Assembly: GCF_030013595.1 (NCBI RefSeq) | Contig: NZ_CP122768.1 | Length of the DNA stretch: 64,000 bases | Strand: one strand, 5' to 3' | DNA from: Escherichia coli | GTDB lineage: Bacteria; Pseudomonadota; Gammaproteobacteria; Enterobacterales; Enterobacteriaceae | Part shown: piece by piece, positions 22,721 through 32,856 of the stretch | Layout: every line of letters begins with the position of its first letter | Numbering within the stretch: position 1 is the first letter of the stretch | Made by a program: the position numbers and the translations under genes | Notes under the pieces: model-generated | What the model was told of the DNA's origin: nothing | Seen by the model: only the letters and a program-made list of their open reading frames with translations | Database searches by the model: none

Positions 22721-23482
22721 TCACCGCATGACCAGGCCGCCATCGATAACGATGGTCTGGCCGACAATGTAGCTGGACGCAGAGGAACTTAAGAAGACGA
22801 TGGTGTTCGCCACTTCTTCACATTTCCCCAGACGGCGTAACGGGATGGTACTGGTGACCGCACGGACCACTGCGCGGGATACTTTTTTCACCATTTTCGA
22901 TTCAATCATTCCCGGAGCGACCGCGTTGACGCGCACGCCCCAGGGTGCCATTTCTGCTGCCAGCGTGCGGGTGAAGCCGAGGATCGCCCCTTTTGACGCA
23001 CTGTAATTCGCCTGACCGACGCTGGGGATCAGCGCTGCAATAGAGGCAACGTTAATAATGGCGGGATTTTCTGCCGCACGAAGCAGCATCAACGCGTCTT
23101 TCGTCAGCCGGAAAATGCTGAACATGTTGGTTTCGATAACCTGGGTGAAATCCTCATAGCTCATCGAGGCAAACAGGCTGTCTTTAACGATGCCCGCGTT
23201 ATTCACCAGCACATCAATCTTGCCAGCTTCGCGCTCTATCTGTTCGCACAATGCGCTCACGCTCTGGGGGCAGGCGAGATCGCACTGCACAATATGCAGT
23301 TTATCGCCTGCTGGATGGCTTGCTTTCAGCGCCGTTAATTGCACGTCGTTGGATTTATAGAGCGCATAAACATCGCAGTTCTGCTCCAGATATTTTTCGC
23401 AAATACCCAGTCCAATATCACCACTGGCTCCTGTCACCAGTACGGTTTTTTCATTTAAATCATTATATTTGTACATATTCAT
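22721..23482 (-). CDS. Short-chain dehydrogenase/reductase, 3-oxoacyl-ACP reductase-like (FabG-like)
   Basis: Rossmann VLVTGASGDIGLGI, NNAG, catalytic YSASKGA (YxxxK); ORF extends to 23518 but internal Met avoids overlap with upstream PPTase gene. Confidence 0.75.
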   Translation of the reverse strand: MNMYKYNDLNEKTVLVTGASGDIGLGICEKYLEQNCDVYALYKSNDVQLTALKASHPAGDKLHIVQCDLACPQSVSALCEQIEREAGKIDVLVNNAGIVKDSLFASMSYEDFTQVIETNMFSIFRLTKDALMLLRAAENPAIINVASIAALIPSVGQANYSASKGAILGFTRTLAAEMAPWGVRVNAVAPGMIESKMVKKVSRAVVRAVTSTIPLRRLGKCEEVANTIVFLSSSASSYIVGQTIVIDGGLVMR

Positions 23483-23495
23483 CACATATGTTGAG

Positions 23496-23876
23496 TTAAT
23501 AAACGATGACAGTCGCAATGGCGTGGGTACGGCAATGCGAAATACTCAGGGAGTTATTTTGCAACCCCTGCCCGATAAAAATTTCTTGTAGTCTTCCGGA
23601 AATAACGAAATAAGGTGCTTTGGCCGCATCATGCTTTATTTCAATATCCTGGAAACGTACGCCATCACGAAAACCACAACCAATCGCTTTAACTAACGCT
23701 TCTTTCGCTGCCCAGAATCCAGAGGCCCGTTCATAATCAGGTTCTGCAGGGTTAATGAGTAAGCGCTCATGAGCAGTATAAACACGCTCATAAAAAGCCA
23801 TCTCTCCATTAATAATGGCTTTGGTTATTCTGGCAATTTCAACAATATCTGTCCCTATTCTCATTAATCTCGTCAT
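23496..23876 (-). CDS. 4'-phosphopantetheinyl transferase, AcpS-type holo-ACP synthase (126 aa)
   Basis: N-terminal [10 protein letters not shown] and [10 protein letters not shown] motifs characteristic of AcpS. Confidence 0.75.
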   Translation of the reverse strand: MTRLMRIGTDIVEIARITKAIINGEMAFYERVYTAHERLLINPAEPDYERASGFWAAKEALVKAIGCGFRDGVRFQDIEIKHDAAKAPYFVISGRLQEIFIGQGLQNNSLSISHCRTHAIATVIVY

Positions 23877-23879
23877 CCT

Positions 23880-25499
23880 TTACATTTGGTACGAAAAATT
23901 AAAATTCACATTCACCCGATCAATATCTAATGTCGCCGGATACTTTAATGGGGTAGAAACGGAAAAGTTATACTCAAGACTTTTAATGTTTCCATCAATA
24001 CCAACTGCCGCGCCCATCAGTGATTCATCGCCATAAGAAGCGTCCTGATACACTTGCCCAAAATCAAGACCGGCATAATAGTTAGCTTTCATTCCAGGCA
24101 AAGGAAATGCCAGCGTATTTTTTATATAAAAATCATCATTCCCTGACAAACCTACGCTATTTTCAAACCCGCGAATACTCCAACGATCGCCAACTGTAAT
24201 TTGATCTTGCAAAGTCAGTTCACGCGGTGCGTACTGGGCAAAAAAAGCAGTATTGTAATATCCATTCTTTATTTGTCGGGTATAGTTACCCTCAAAATTA
24301 AAGATATTGCTTACCGGGCTAACGTCGCCATATTGCATATCTGGCGTTTTTTCACCACCGAACCAGGTTAAAAAGCGTTGCCACGAGAGGGTTGAATCCC
24401 AGAACGCGTCGGGTAACTGTTGCTTATAATTTAGTCCCAGTTTGATATTTCCCATATCCCGCGCCTGTAATGTCAGCTCCTCACCATTAAGCGTGTAATT
24501 CGACTTTCGACGAATGAGTTCTGCACTACCGGCGAATTTTTTTGTTTTATCGCGATAAACGGTACGCGTCGCCTTTGCGCTCAAGTATTCGCTGGTGCCA
24601 ACATAATCCAGCGAGATGTACGAAAGCGGAATCACCTGCTGCGATTTACTTTTGCTATAGAAAAAGCCGTACTCCCAGTAACCCACCGGAATGGAATAAT
24701 AACTACTGACGTTTTCATACTGTCCTGTAGTACTACGCGTACCGGCGAGATAAAACAGATCCCCCATTTTCGCTGGATTAAACAGATAACCCACCGCGGT
24801 TGTCTGGTAACGGCCCGTTTCTTCATCGCCCCAATTGTTGTAACTTGCCCGAACGCTCCAGTTTTTCCCCCGGTGTGTATCAATATGAACGACGCTATAA
24901 CCATCCCGTGTTCCCGGTTCAATATTAATTTTCACATCAACGTCAGGTACTCGCTGAAGATTTTCCAGCCCCTGTTCAATATCGCGAATATTGAGAATAT
25001 CGTTACGCTGAAAAGGTAACATCCATTCACTGATGTCATTACCTTCCACAATCGTTTTTTCTATCTTCCCGGCATTAACCTGGAAACGTAGCTTGCCTTT
25101 AGAAATATCCTGCGAAGGGATACTAATTCGCGTTGTGATATATCCGGCATTAATATAATAATCCTGCAAGGCAGCAGCAATTTTTTGCACACCAGCACTA
25201 CCGACACAACGTCCGGCAATCGCTTTTTGCACTTCAGAAATCAACTGACCACCCAGAAAGTTATCTTCCAGTTCTACCCGATTAATGATAAAGCAATTCT
25301 TTTCCTGCGGCAGATCACCCAGAGTAAACGCATCACGTTGTGCATTTGAGTAAACATCTTTTTTTTCTAATTTATGCGCGCGTAACGTGCTTTCATCTGC
25401 ATTTTTTTGCTGCTTGATCAAATGATCAAGACTGTCTTTCGCTGCAACCTGAAAACAACAAAGAATGAGCAGCAAACCAAAATTAAATCGTAAGTGCAT
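23880..25499 (-). CDS. Two-partner secretion outer-membrane transporter TpsB (ShlB/FhaC family, 539 aa)
   Basis: Signal peptide, POTRA-like N-region, beta-barrel with C-terminal ...NFNFSYQM; gene adjacent to TpsA-like exoprotein. Confidence 0.75.
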   Translation of the reverse strand: MHLRFNFGLLLILCCFQVAAKDSLDHLIKQQKNADESTLRAHKLEKKDVYSNAQRDAFTLGDLPQEKNCFIINRVELEDNFLGGQLISEVQKAIAGRCVGSAGVQKIAAALQDYYINAGYITTRISIPSQDISKGKLRFQVNAGKIEKTIVEGNDISEWMLPFQRNDILNIRDIEQGLENLQRVPDVDVKINIEPGTRDGYSVVHIDTHRGKNWSVRASYNNWGDEETGRYQTTAVGYLFNPAKMGDLFYLAGTRSTTGQYENVSSYYSIPVGYWEYGFFYSKSKSQQVIPLSYISLDYVGTSEYLSAKATRTVYRDKTKKFAGSAELIRRKSNYTLNGEELTLQARDMGNIKLGLNYKQQLPDAFWDSTLSWQRFLTWFGGEKTPDMQYGDVSPVSNIFNFEGNYTRQIKNGYYNTAFFAQYAPRELTLQDQITVGDRWSIRGFENSVGLSGNDDFYIKNTLAFPLPGMKANYYAGLDFGQVYQDASYGDESLMGAAVGIDGNIKSLEYNFSVSTPLKYPATLDIDRVNVNFNFSYQM

Positions 25500-25587
25500 T
25501 ATCTTCTCAAACTAAATAAAGACAGCAGCAACCCCTGCGTGACATGACGCATTAATATTAAAAGCCACTGCTGTCTTTGGTTACATC

Positions 25588-28500
25588 TTACATGCCGACA
25601 ATAGTACCGGTGTTATCAGTTTCGTTTGCTTCTAACGCTAAACCGTAGAAGCCACCGAGAACAGCGTCTTTACCGCTATTCGTAACCTTATTTGCCGATA
25701 CGCCAGCGACACCATAACTCAGCATATTGAGGTAGTTATAAATATTACCGGTGGTCTTAACCCCCAGAGAATAATCACCCACAATATTTCCACGGTTATT
25801 AATGTCATTCACGGCATTGATCGCGATGGTTTGCCCCAACATATTACTGTTGCTGTTGTTGGTAACATACTTCTGCGTATCAATAGTCAGCGCAGTTCCC
25901 GCCACAATGTCTTTAAAGTTCTCAACACCGTTCAGGGCATTAATGGTCAGCGCGTTGTCCGCTGCGATGGCATTACGGTTATACAGCGTGCCTTTCAGAA
26001 CATTGAAATGCACATCCCCTTTACCGCTGATCCAACCATAGTTCGTGACGCTGTTATCCACGTTCAGATCCAGGTTTTTGTCAGACGCAATCACGCCCGT
26101 GGCGGTATTGTCTTCCAGGCGACCATCGCTGGCGTTGTTCAACGACGCCGCATAAACGTCGAGATTACCGGCGCTGTAAGTGGTGGCATAGTTGTTGTAG
26201 AACATACCAGCCGCACGGATGATGGCATCAGCCCCACTGCTAAGAAGCGCGCGGGTATTATCCAGCGTTCCCCTGGACAGCAGATTAAGCGGACCATTTT
26301 CAGCGATGATGCTGCTGTTATTGTTGTAGACGTTCTGAGCAGAAAGCGTGACACCTTCTTTACCTACGATGCCGCCAACGTTGTCGGTAATTCCAAACAG
26401 CGCGCCGTTATTACGCAGGAAGTTATTCCCGTCGCGGTTTTCGAGGTTGCCGCCAGCGTTAATAACCAGCTTTTTATTCGCCGCGATCAGCGCAGTGTTG
26501 TTATAAATCGTCGATTTAGCATCGACAGAAACATTCTCACCGGCAATCAGACCATAGGCGTTGTCTATGATGTTTGCTGTCAGAGTCACGTCGCCCGTTT
26601 CAGAGGTCAGCGAGCCCTTAAAGCTGTCGTAGTTGCCCGTCAGTGCCAGCGTGACATCGTCATAACCACGAATTTCACCGTAGTCGTTGTTCAGATTGCT
26701 GCCTTTTACAGACAACACGCCGTTCAACGCATGCAGATTACCGCGGTTGTTACCCACGTTGCCCTTCGAATCGATAATCAGATCGCCTGTCGCTTCGATG
26801 GTCGCGTTATTGTTCGCCACGCTATTTGCCGTTAATGCGACATCCCCATAACCCACCATATAGAGATAGTTATACAGGTTGCCTTTGGTCGTCACGTTCA
26901 AGTCAGCGTCACTGACAATGTTGCCACAGTTGTTGATATCGTTAACCGCGTTAATAACGATATTCTGCCCCACCATATTGCTGTTGGAGTTGTTGGTCAC
27001 ATGGCGATTGGTGTTCATCGTCAGGTCGCCGCCAGCAGAAATATCCTTCCAGTTTTCAATACCGTTCAACGCGGCAATATCCAGCCCCTTTTCAGCCGCA
27101 ATGGTATTGCGGTTATACAGGTTGCCGTTATTCACCGTGACATCAACATCGCCTTTACCGCTGATCCAGCCGTAGTTGGTAAGGCTATTCACCACTTCCA
27201 GTGACAGATTTTTATCAGATGCAATAAACCCGGTCGCATTGTTATCGATCATCGTACCGCTGCTGCTGTTTTGCAGCGTGGTCGCGTCGATATCCAGGTT
27301 GCCCGCACTCCAGGTGGTAGCGTAGTTGTTGTAATACGTTCCGCCAACTTGAATAGATGCATCCGCCCCGCTGGTGACCAGAGCACGCGTGTTGTCGAAC
27401 GTGTTCTGTGCCTGGAGAGTCAGAGGACCATCCTCAGCGATAAGACGACTGTTGTTGTTATAGATGTTCTGCCCGGAAAGCTCGATGCCTTCCTTGCCGA
27501 CCATTCCACCCGTTTGCTGAGGCATGCCGAAGTACAGACCATATGCATTACCGAAGCTATTGCCATCGCGGTTTTCAATATTACCGAACGCGTTTATCTT
27601 CAGTTTTTTGCTGGCCACGATCAGCGCTGTGTTGTTATTGACGCCAGACATCGACTCCATCGTGATGTTCTGCCCCATCATGAAGCCGCCGTGGTTGTCC
27701 ACTGAGTTGGCTAACAGGGAGATATCACCCTCTTCAGAGCTGATCACGCCAATGTTATTGGTCAGGCTGCCGCCAACGGCGACTTCAATACCCTGCTTAC
27801 CGCTGATCCCCCCGGTATCGTTACGCAGTGAGCTTCCCTTGATAATCACTTTGCTGTTGGACAGAATTTTGCCCGCATAATCGTCGACCGTGCTGTAACT
27901 TGACAGGGAGACGTTGCCATTAGACGCAATCTGTCCGCCATTGTTATTGATGTTGTTCGCACCAATTTCTACGCCGGTATCTGCAATAATGCCCAGAGAG
28001 TCAGAACTGCCGGTATCGGCGGTTTTGGTTGAACCATTATTTACGCTACCTGCCGCACCAATAACGATATGCCCGGTGGAGGAACGGATCAGACCTTTGT
28101 TGTTATCCACATTACCGTTACTGATAATGGCGATGTCGCCAGTGGTCTGAATATCACCGTTGTTGTTATTCAACGCGCCTGATTCAAGCCCCACATAACC
28201 GCCTCGAATCTGACCATTGCTGTTGTTGAGCGTCCCGGTTTTCAGCGCCACGATACCCGCTTCAATCCCGACAGAACTCCCTTTACCAGAGTTAATCAGC
28301 GTGGCGTTATTGGTATCGACCGCCAGCATACCTGCTGCCGCAAGCTTGCCGTTGGTATTGTCAATCGTACCGCTGTTAACGTAGATATCGCCCATCGTAG
28401 AGATGTTACCCGCACGGGTATTCACGATAGTATTCTTGTTGGTATTGAGCGAGATAGTGCCTACAGATGTCACCGTACCGGTGGTGTTATCCAGAGTACC

Positions 28501-29400
28501 ATTTGTCGTCAGGTTGATCGTGCTTGCAGACTGAATCTGGGCATTGCTATTTAACAGGTTACCTTTGGAATCGATGCTGACACCATTAACACCCCCAGCA
28601 ATAACGCCGAGGTTGCGAACCCCTACACCTTTCTCGGTGCTAACCAGACTGATTTTGTTCGCATACATTCCGCCCAGTTTGGCAACATCTACGCTGTAAC
28701 CGTTACGGGAACCCGTGGCGGATACGCTACCGGTCACCTGGCCTGCGGCGTTAACATAGTTATTGCCAGCAACAACGTTCAGCTCATCGGCAGACACTTT
28801 GCCGTTAACCACCACGTTACGGGAAAGAATTTCTGTCGGGCTGGCGTTATCCAGTTTACCGAGCGTAATGGTACCGCCGTTCACGGAATAACCGGCCAGC
28901 TTGTCATCCTGGATATCCGGCGTCCCGGTGGTTAAGGTCAGTTTACCTGTATTGATTGAACCACCACCGTTTACAGTAATACCATTCGGGTTGGCAATAA
29001 TCAGATCCGCTTTATCCCCTGCAACTTCCATCATCCCATTAATGGTTGAAGGATTTTTGGAAGTAACCTCATTCAGGATCACCTTCGCCGACCCGGAGGT
29101 CAGATTACTGTTTCCCTGAATATTTCCGGCAAGTGAAGTACTGGATTCATTAGCGCTGTTATTGAAAACGACACCATTTTTATCAACGTTTAGGTTATCC
29201 CAGATATTATGAGATAAACCGCTACCGTTAGGTTTGTTGATGTCTACGACTGGCACACCATTGGCGTTATATACCGTTCCATTTTTTATGACTAATCCCG
29301 CCGCTTGAGAAGCTACAGGAAAAGACAACATCATAAGTATAGCAATAGGGGTTAATGCTTTACCCACCGTTGCTTCCTTACTTAAATTTATCATCGCCAC
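25588..29400 (-). CDS. TpsA exoprotein, filamentous haemagglutinin/haemolysin-like (1270 aa)
   Basis: Extended signal peptide; N-terminal TPS domain with ANPNGITVNGG and NPNGI-type motifs; long Asn/Gly/Thr-rich beta-helical repeats with internal ~1.13-kb duplication. Confidence 0.8.
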   Translation of the reverse strand: MAMINLSKEATVGKALTPIAILMMLSFPVASQAAGLVIKNGTVYNANGVPVVDINKPNGSGLSHNIWDNLNVDKNGVVFNNSANESSTSLAGNIQGNSNLTSGSAKVILNEVTSKNPSTINGMMEVAGDKADLIIANPNGITVNGGGSINTGKLTLTTGTPDIQDDKLAGYSVNGGTITLGKLDNASPTEILSRNVVVNGKVSADELNVVAGNNYVNAAGQVTGSVSATGSRNGYSVDVAKLGGMYANKISLVSTEKGVGVRNLGVIAGGVNGVSIDSKGNLLNSNAQIQSASTINLTTNGTLDNTTGTVTSVGTISLNTNKNTIVNTRAGNISTMGDIYVNSGTIDNTNGKLAAAGMLAVDTNNATLINSGKGSSVGIEAGIVALKTGTLNNSNGQIRGGYVGLESGALNNNNGDIQTTGDIAIISNGNVDNNKGLIRSSTGHIVIGAAGSVNNGSTKTADTGSSDSLGIIADTGVEIGANNINNNGGQIASNGNVSLSSYSTVDDYAGKILSNSKVIIKGSSLRNDTGGISGKQGIEVAVGGSLTNNIGVISSEEGDISLLANSVDNHGGFMMGQNITMESMSGVNNNTALIVASKKLKINAFGNIENRDGNSFGNAYGLYFGMPQQTGGMVGKEGIELSGQNIYNNNSRLIAEDGPLTLQAQNTFDNTRALVTSGADASIQVGGTYYNNYATTWSAGNLDIDATTLQNSSSGTMIDNNATGFIASDKNLSLEVVNSLTNYGWISGKGDVDVTVNNGNLYNRNTIAAEKGLDIAALNGIENWKDISAGGDLTMNTNRHVTNNSNSNMVGQNIVINAVNDINNCGNIVSDADLNVTTKGNLYNYLYMVGYGDVALTANSVANNNATIEATGDLIIDSKGNVGNNRGNLHALNGVLSVKGSNLNNDYGEIRGYDDVTLALTGNYDSFKGSLTSETGDVTLTANIIDNAYGLIAGENVSVDAKSTIYNNTALIAANKKLVINAGGNLENRDGNNFLRNNGALFGITDNVGGIVGKEGVTLSAQNVYNNNSSIIAENGPLNLLSRGTLDNTRALLSSGADAIIRAAGMFYNNYATTYSAGNLDVYAASLNNASDGRLEDNTATGVIASDKNLDLNVDNSVTNYGWISGKGDVHFNVLKGTLYNRNAIAADNALTINALNGVENFKDIVAGTALTIDTQKYVTNNSNSNMLGQTIAINAVNDINNRGNIVGDYSLGVKTTGNIYNYLNMLSYGVAGVSANKVTNSGKDAVLGGFYGLALEANETDNTGTIVGM

Positions 29401-30790
29401 TAACGTTTTCCTTATTGATGCTATTCATTTTGGACATGCAGATCACTTTTGATGACTCACGGAATATCAGCAAAAATGATTGCGGCAAATCCTATCACCT
29501 GGCGCAATAAAAAATCATGAAAAATAAGCTGAAATAAGGACTCAAAAAAACAACTAAGAGTTATTGTTTTTTCATCGAACGGCGAAGTACCTAACTTACT
29601 AAAACACAATAATTTAAAAGTCCCCCATCCTTCCTCCTTGGGTGAAAAAAATCCATTTTAGAGGATGTCTGAAATGATATGTAGTTTTCTGTACGACATC
29701 ATTTCAGACATCCGAATAAAACAACAAATTTGATGAGTTACAATTAATTTAAATCTTGTTATTTGATTAACAAAGCATCATCATTACTGCATCTCATTCT
29801 CTATATCTTTTACGTCGGGGTAGATTCTTTATGGTCATTACGGGCAGGCGACATTTCATTATATTACCACTTTCATTCACACTTGTAACCCTTAAGAGTT
29901 ATATAAAAAGGAAATAGTTCTTGCTCATGGTATTACTGAGATCGGATTAACCATGAGGTTAGCTATATAGAGAACTTTGGCTTTGCGACAATTGGCTTAA
30001 GCAGCCACATTATGCCTGGCTTATCGTTGAAAGGGAGAAAGAAGAGCAAAACGGTTTGGCAAGCTTTCATTCCCATCTAATAGCAATCACCGCTATACAT
30101 CATCCCTTAACGTACTCTGGCCTTCATAAAAATGTTATTCTAAATTAAAGATTGTAATGATTTTAATAATATTGTTATTATTTTGCAACAAATCAATCTA
30201 ACACAATGATTATTAGCGATTTTTTATTAGTTAAGAGAAATTGTTTTTACAGATTGAGCTACAATTCCGCTCATTTTTCACCACAGGAAAAGCTGAAGTA
30301 ATCTTAAATGACTGTATTAACCCTTTTCTCCGCTGCCAGCACTCTTAAATATCGTTGTTCTATTGTTATAAAAACAGCTTTTTTGACATAAAAAGTAATA
30401 GCTAAAGCCATTATGTAGCACTTCCAACCTGAATAGACCGCAAAAAACAACCCTATACAGAATAAAACTCTGTTCATCATCTTTCGGTAAGAATTAAATT
30501 ACTATATTACCGTTCAACATCAGTATGAATGAAAATTCAATTGTTATACATGTGATGAATGTCATATATTGTGCTCATCGATTGCAGGACATCGCTATTC
30601 TTTTAGAGATACAGATATCACGCTGTTACTCTCTGTATAAAGCACACGCAAAGATTAGTTGTGTTACTGCAGTTGTTATGTCGCATATGGAAAGCCCATT
30701 GTTACATCTTTAGTAAAAAGTTTTATTCACTTTCAAAATTTTTACTCCATGAAGATGGGCTGTTTTGCTGCAAGCAATTGAGTTAGTGCA
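29401..30790. promoter_or_regulatory. 1.39-kb AT-rich divergent control region between the TpsA operon and the fimbrial operon
   Basis: No credible ORF; very AT-rich; contains a perfect 16-bp inverted repeat at 29663-29713. Confidence 0.5.
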
Positions 30791-31414
30791 ATGAACAAGA
30801 ACTTACTAACAAGGGTAATTATCATTTCGGATGATCTATATTACCTTCAGGGATTAAGTGCAAAACCAGGTAACCATTATCGTTTTTTTATTGAGTGTTT
30901 TTTTTGTTCTCAAAATGCATGTAATAATGACCTAAGTACACTTAGATTTGATAACCGCTTTACCAAAAACGTACTTCTTGTCGCAGTGGATGACGTAAGT
31001 ATACTTGCAAAACTGCCAGATTTGGCCAGGTTTTTAATGATTGTTTCACTCAGACAGATGAAAAACAGAAATATCTTCTTTTCACTTTCAGAGCAAACAT
31101 TCATTAGCCGATATATAAAATTGAATAAACTCATTACTTTGATTAAAAGTACTGATAAAGACCAGCAAGTCAGACAGGTGACTCTGACAAGGTATGAGTG
31201 GGATATCTATTACTTATATTTTAAGATAGATAACAAAAGAATATTGCACACCCTGCTAAAAAAGGATGTCAAGTACATTAGCCACTATAAAATATCGGTT
31301 TTCAACAAGTTTGAAATTGCTTGTGATAGTGATGGCTTTTACATTTTCAAGGCACTTATACAGTTAAGGAGATTTACCGGTTTTAAAAACGTCAGATTGT
31401 ATCAATTGCATTAA
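30791..31414 (+). CDS. Hypothetical protein upstream of fimbrial operon (207 aa), possible operon regulator
   Basis: AT-rich ORF with low-GC codon usage, no signal peptide; position immediately 5' of major pilin gene. Confidence 0.4.
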   Translation: MNKNLLTRVIIISDDLYYLQGLSAKPGNHYRFFIECFFCSQNACNNDLSTLRFDNRFTKNVLLVAVDDVSILAKLPDLARFLMIVSLRQMKNRNIFFSLSEQTFISRYIKLNKLITLIKSTDKDQQVRQVTLTRYEWDIYYLYFKIDNKRILHTLLKKDVKYISHYKISVFNKFEIACDSDGFYIFKALIQLRRFTGFKNVRLYQLH

Positions 31415-31456
31415 TTATCTCGTTCTATATTAACTCTAAATTTCAAGGATATTAAT

Positions 31457-32017
31457 ATGTTTTCTACTTTCAAAAAAGCAGCTCTGCTGGCAGCTATCGC
31501 ATTACCTTTTTCTACCATGGCTGCACCGACAGTCACTTTTCAGGGTGAAGTAACCGATCAGACCTGTTCCGTAAATATCAACGGTCAAACCAATTCAGTA
31601 GTATTGCTGCCGACCGTAGCCATGGCTGACTTCGGTGCAACTTTAGCTGATGGCCAGAGCGCAGGCCAGACGCCGTTTACGGTTTCTGTGTCTAACTGCC
31701 AGGCTCCGACTGGTGCAGATCAGGCAATCAACACCACTTTCCTGGGCTACGACGTGGACGCTAGCACGGGTGTTATGGGAAACCGTGATACCAGCAGCGA
31801 CGCGGCGAAAGGCTTTGGCATTCAGTTAATGGATTCCAGCACTTCTGGTAACCCAGTAACTCTGGCTGGCGCGACTAACGTACCGGGTTTGACCCTGAAA
31901 GTTGGCGATACTGAAGCCAGCTACGACTTCGGTGCGCGTTACTTCGTTATCGATAGCGCAGCTGCCACTGCCGGTAAAATTACCGCTGTCGCAGAATACA
32001 CCCTGAGCTACCTCTAA
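31457..32017 (+). CDS. Chaperone-usher fimbrial major subunit (186 aa)
   Basis: Signal peptide MFSTFKKAALLAAIALPFSTMAAPTVTFQGEVTDQTC, conserved pilin Cys pair, C-terminal ...AEYTLSYL donor-strand-type end. Confidence 0.8.
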   Translation: MFSTFKKAALLAAIALPFSTMAAPTVTFQGEVTDQTCSVNINGQTNSVVLLPTVAMADFGATLADGQSAGQTPFTVSVSNCQAPTGADQAINTTFLGYDVDASTGVMGNRDTSSDAAKGFGIQLMDSSTSGNPVTLAGATNVPGLTLKVGDTEASYDFGARYFVIDSAAATAGKITAVAEYTLSYL

Positions 32018-32081
32018 TTAATCTACTGGCTGGCAGTAAATGTCAGCCAGTATTTCTTCGCACAATTAATAGTGATTTTTC

Positions 32082-32804
32082 ATGGACATGGAAAAGATAA
32101 GAATGAACATTTTTGCATATTTACTGGTACTTGTATTTTCCATGAGCATGAGCAGCAGCGCGTTTGCCAGCGTGGTAATGACCGGAACCCGTATTATTTT
32201 CCCTGGTGACGCAAAGGAAAAAACCATCCAGTTGCGAAATACCAGCGATCAGCCCTATATCATTAATATCCATGTTGAGGATGAACGTGGTTCTGACAAG
32301 AATGTACCGTTTATGCCAACCCCGCAGACATTTCGCATGGAAGCTGCCGCAGGTCAGGCGTTACGCCTGCTCTACACTGGTGATAATTTACCGCAGGATC
32401 GCGAGTCTGTTTTCTGGTTTAGTTTCAGTCAACTACCTTATCTGAATAAGAACGATAAAAGTCAGAACCAGCTCATCCTGGCCCTGACTAATCGAGTCAA
32501 AATTTTCTATCGTCCCAGCTCGATTATCGGTAAATCCAGTGACGCGCCAAAAAACCTGACTTACCAGGTAAAACAGAACCGCATTGAAGTGACGAATCCC
32601 ACGGGCTATTACGTCGTGATTCGCGCCGCTGAACTGCTTAATAACGGTAAAAAAGTCCCCCTCGCGAATTCCGTCATGATTGCACCTCAAAGCACAACTG
32701 AATGGACACTACGCTCTGGCATCAGCGTCGCTCCCGGTGCGCAGATTCATTTAGTGACCGTCAATGACTATGGCGTAAATGTCACGTCTGAGCATGCCTT
32801 ATAA
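32082..32804 (+). CDS. Periplasmic fimbrial chaperone (PapD-like)
   Basis: Signal peptide then VVMTGTRIIFPGDAKEKTIQLRN (PapD-fold N-domain motif); start may be internal Met at 32103. Confidence 0.8.
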   Translation: MDMEKIRMNIFAYLLVLVFSMSMSSSAFASVVMTGTRIIFPGDAKEKTIQLRNTSDQPYIINIHVEDERGSDKNVPFMPTPQTFRMEAAAGQALRLLYTGDNLPQDRESVFWFSFSQLPYLNKNDKSQNQLILALTNRVKIFYRPSSIIGKSSDAPKNLTYQVKQNRIEVTNPTGYYVVIRAAELLNNGKKVPLANSVMIAPQSTTEWTLRSGISVAPGAQIHLVTVNDYGVNVTSEHAL

Positions 32805-32856
32805 GCTCTTTCCCCTTTTTTGAGCGGTATCCTTTTTCACGCACGAGTATGTCGAG

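Noticed and set aside
25802-29119. Numerous plus-strand ORFs (up to 334 aa) antisense to the TpsA gene
   Set aside because: They lie wholly inside a long, well-supported minus-strand gene with TPS motifs and arise from the repetitive composition; no independent start or SD support.
30525-30713. 62-aa ORF in the AT-rich TpsA/fimbrial divergent region
   Set aside because: Short, AT-rich, no ribosome-binding site evident; treated as non-coding regulatory DNA.
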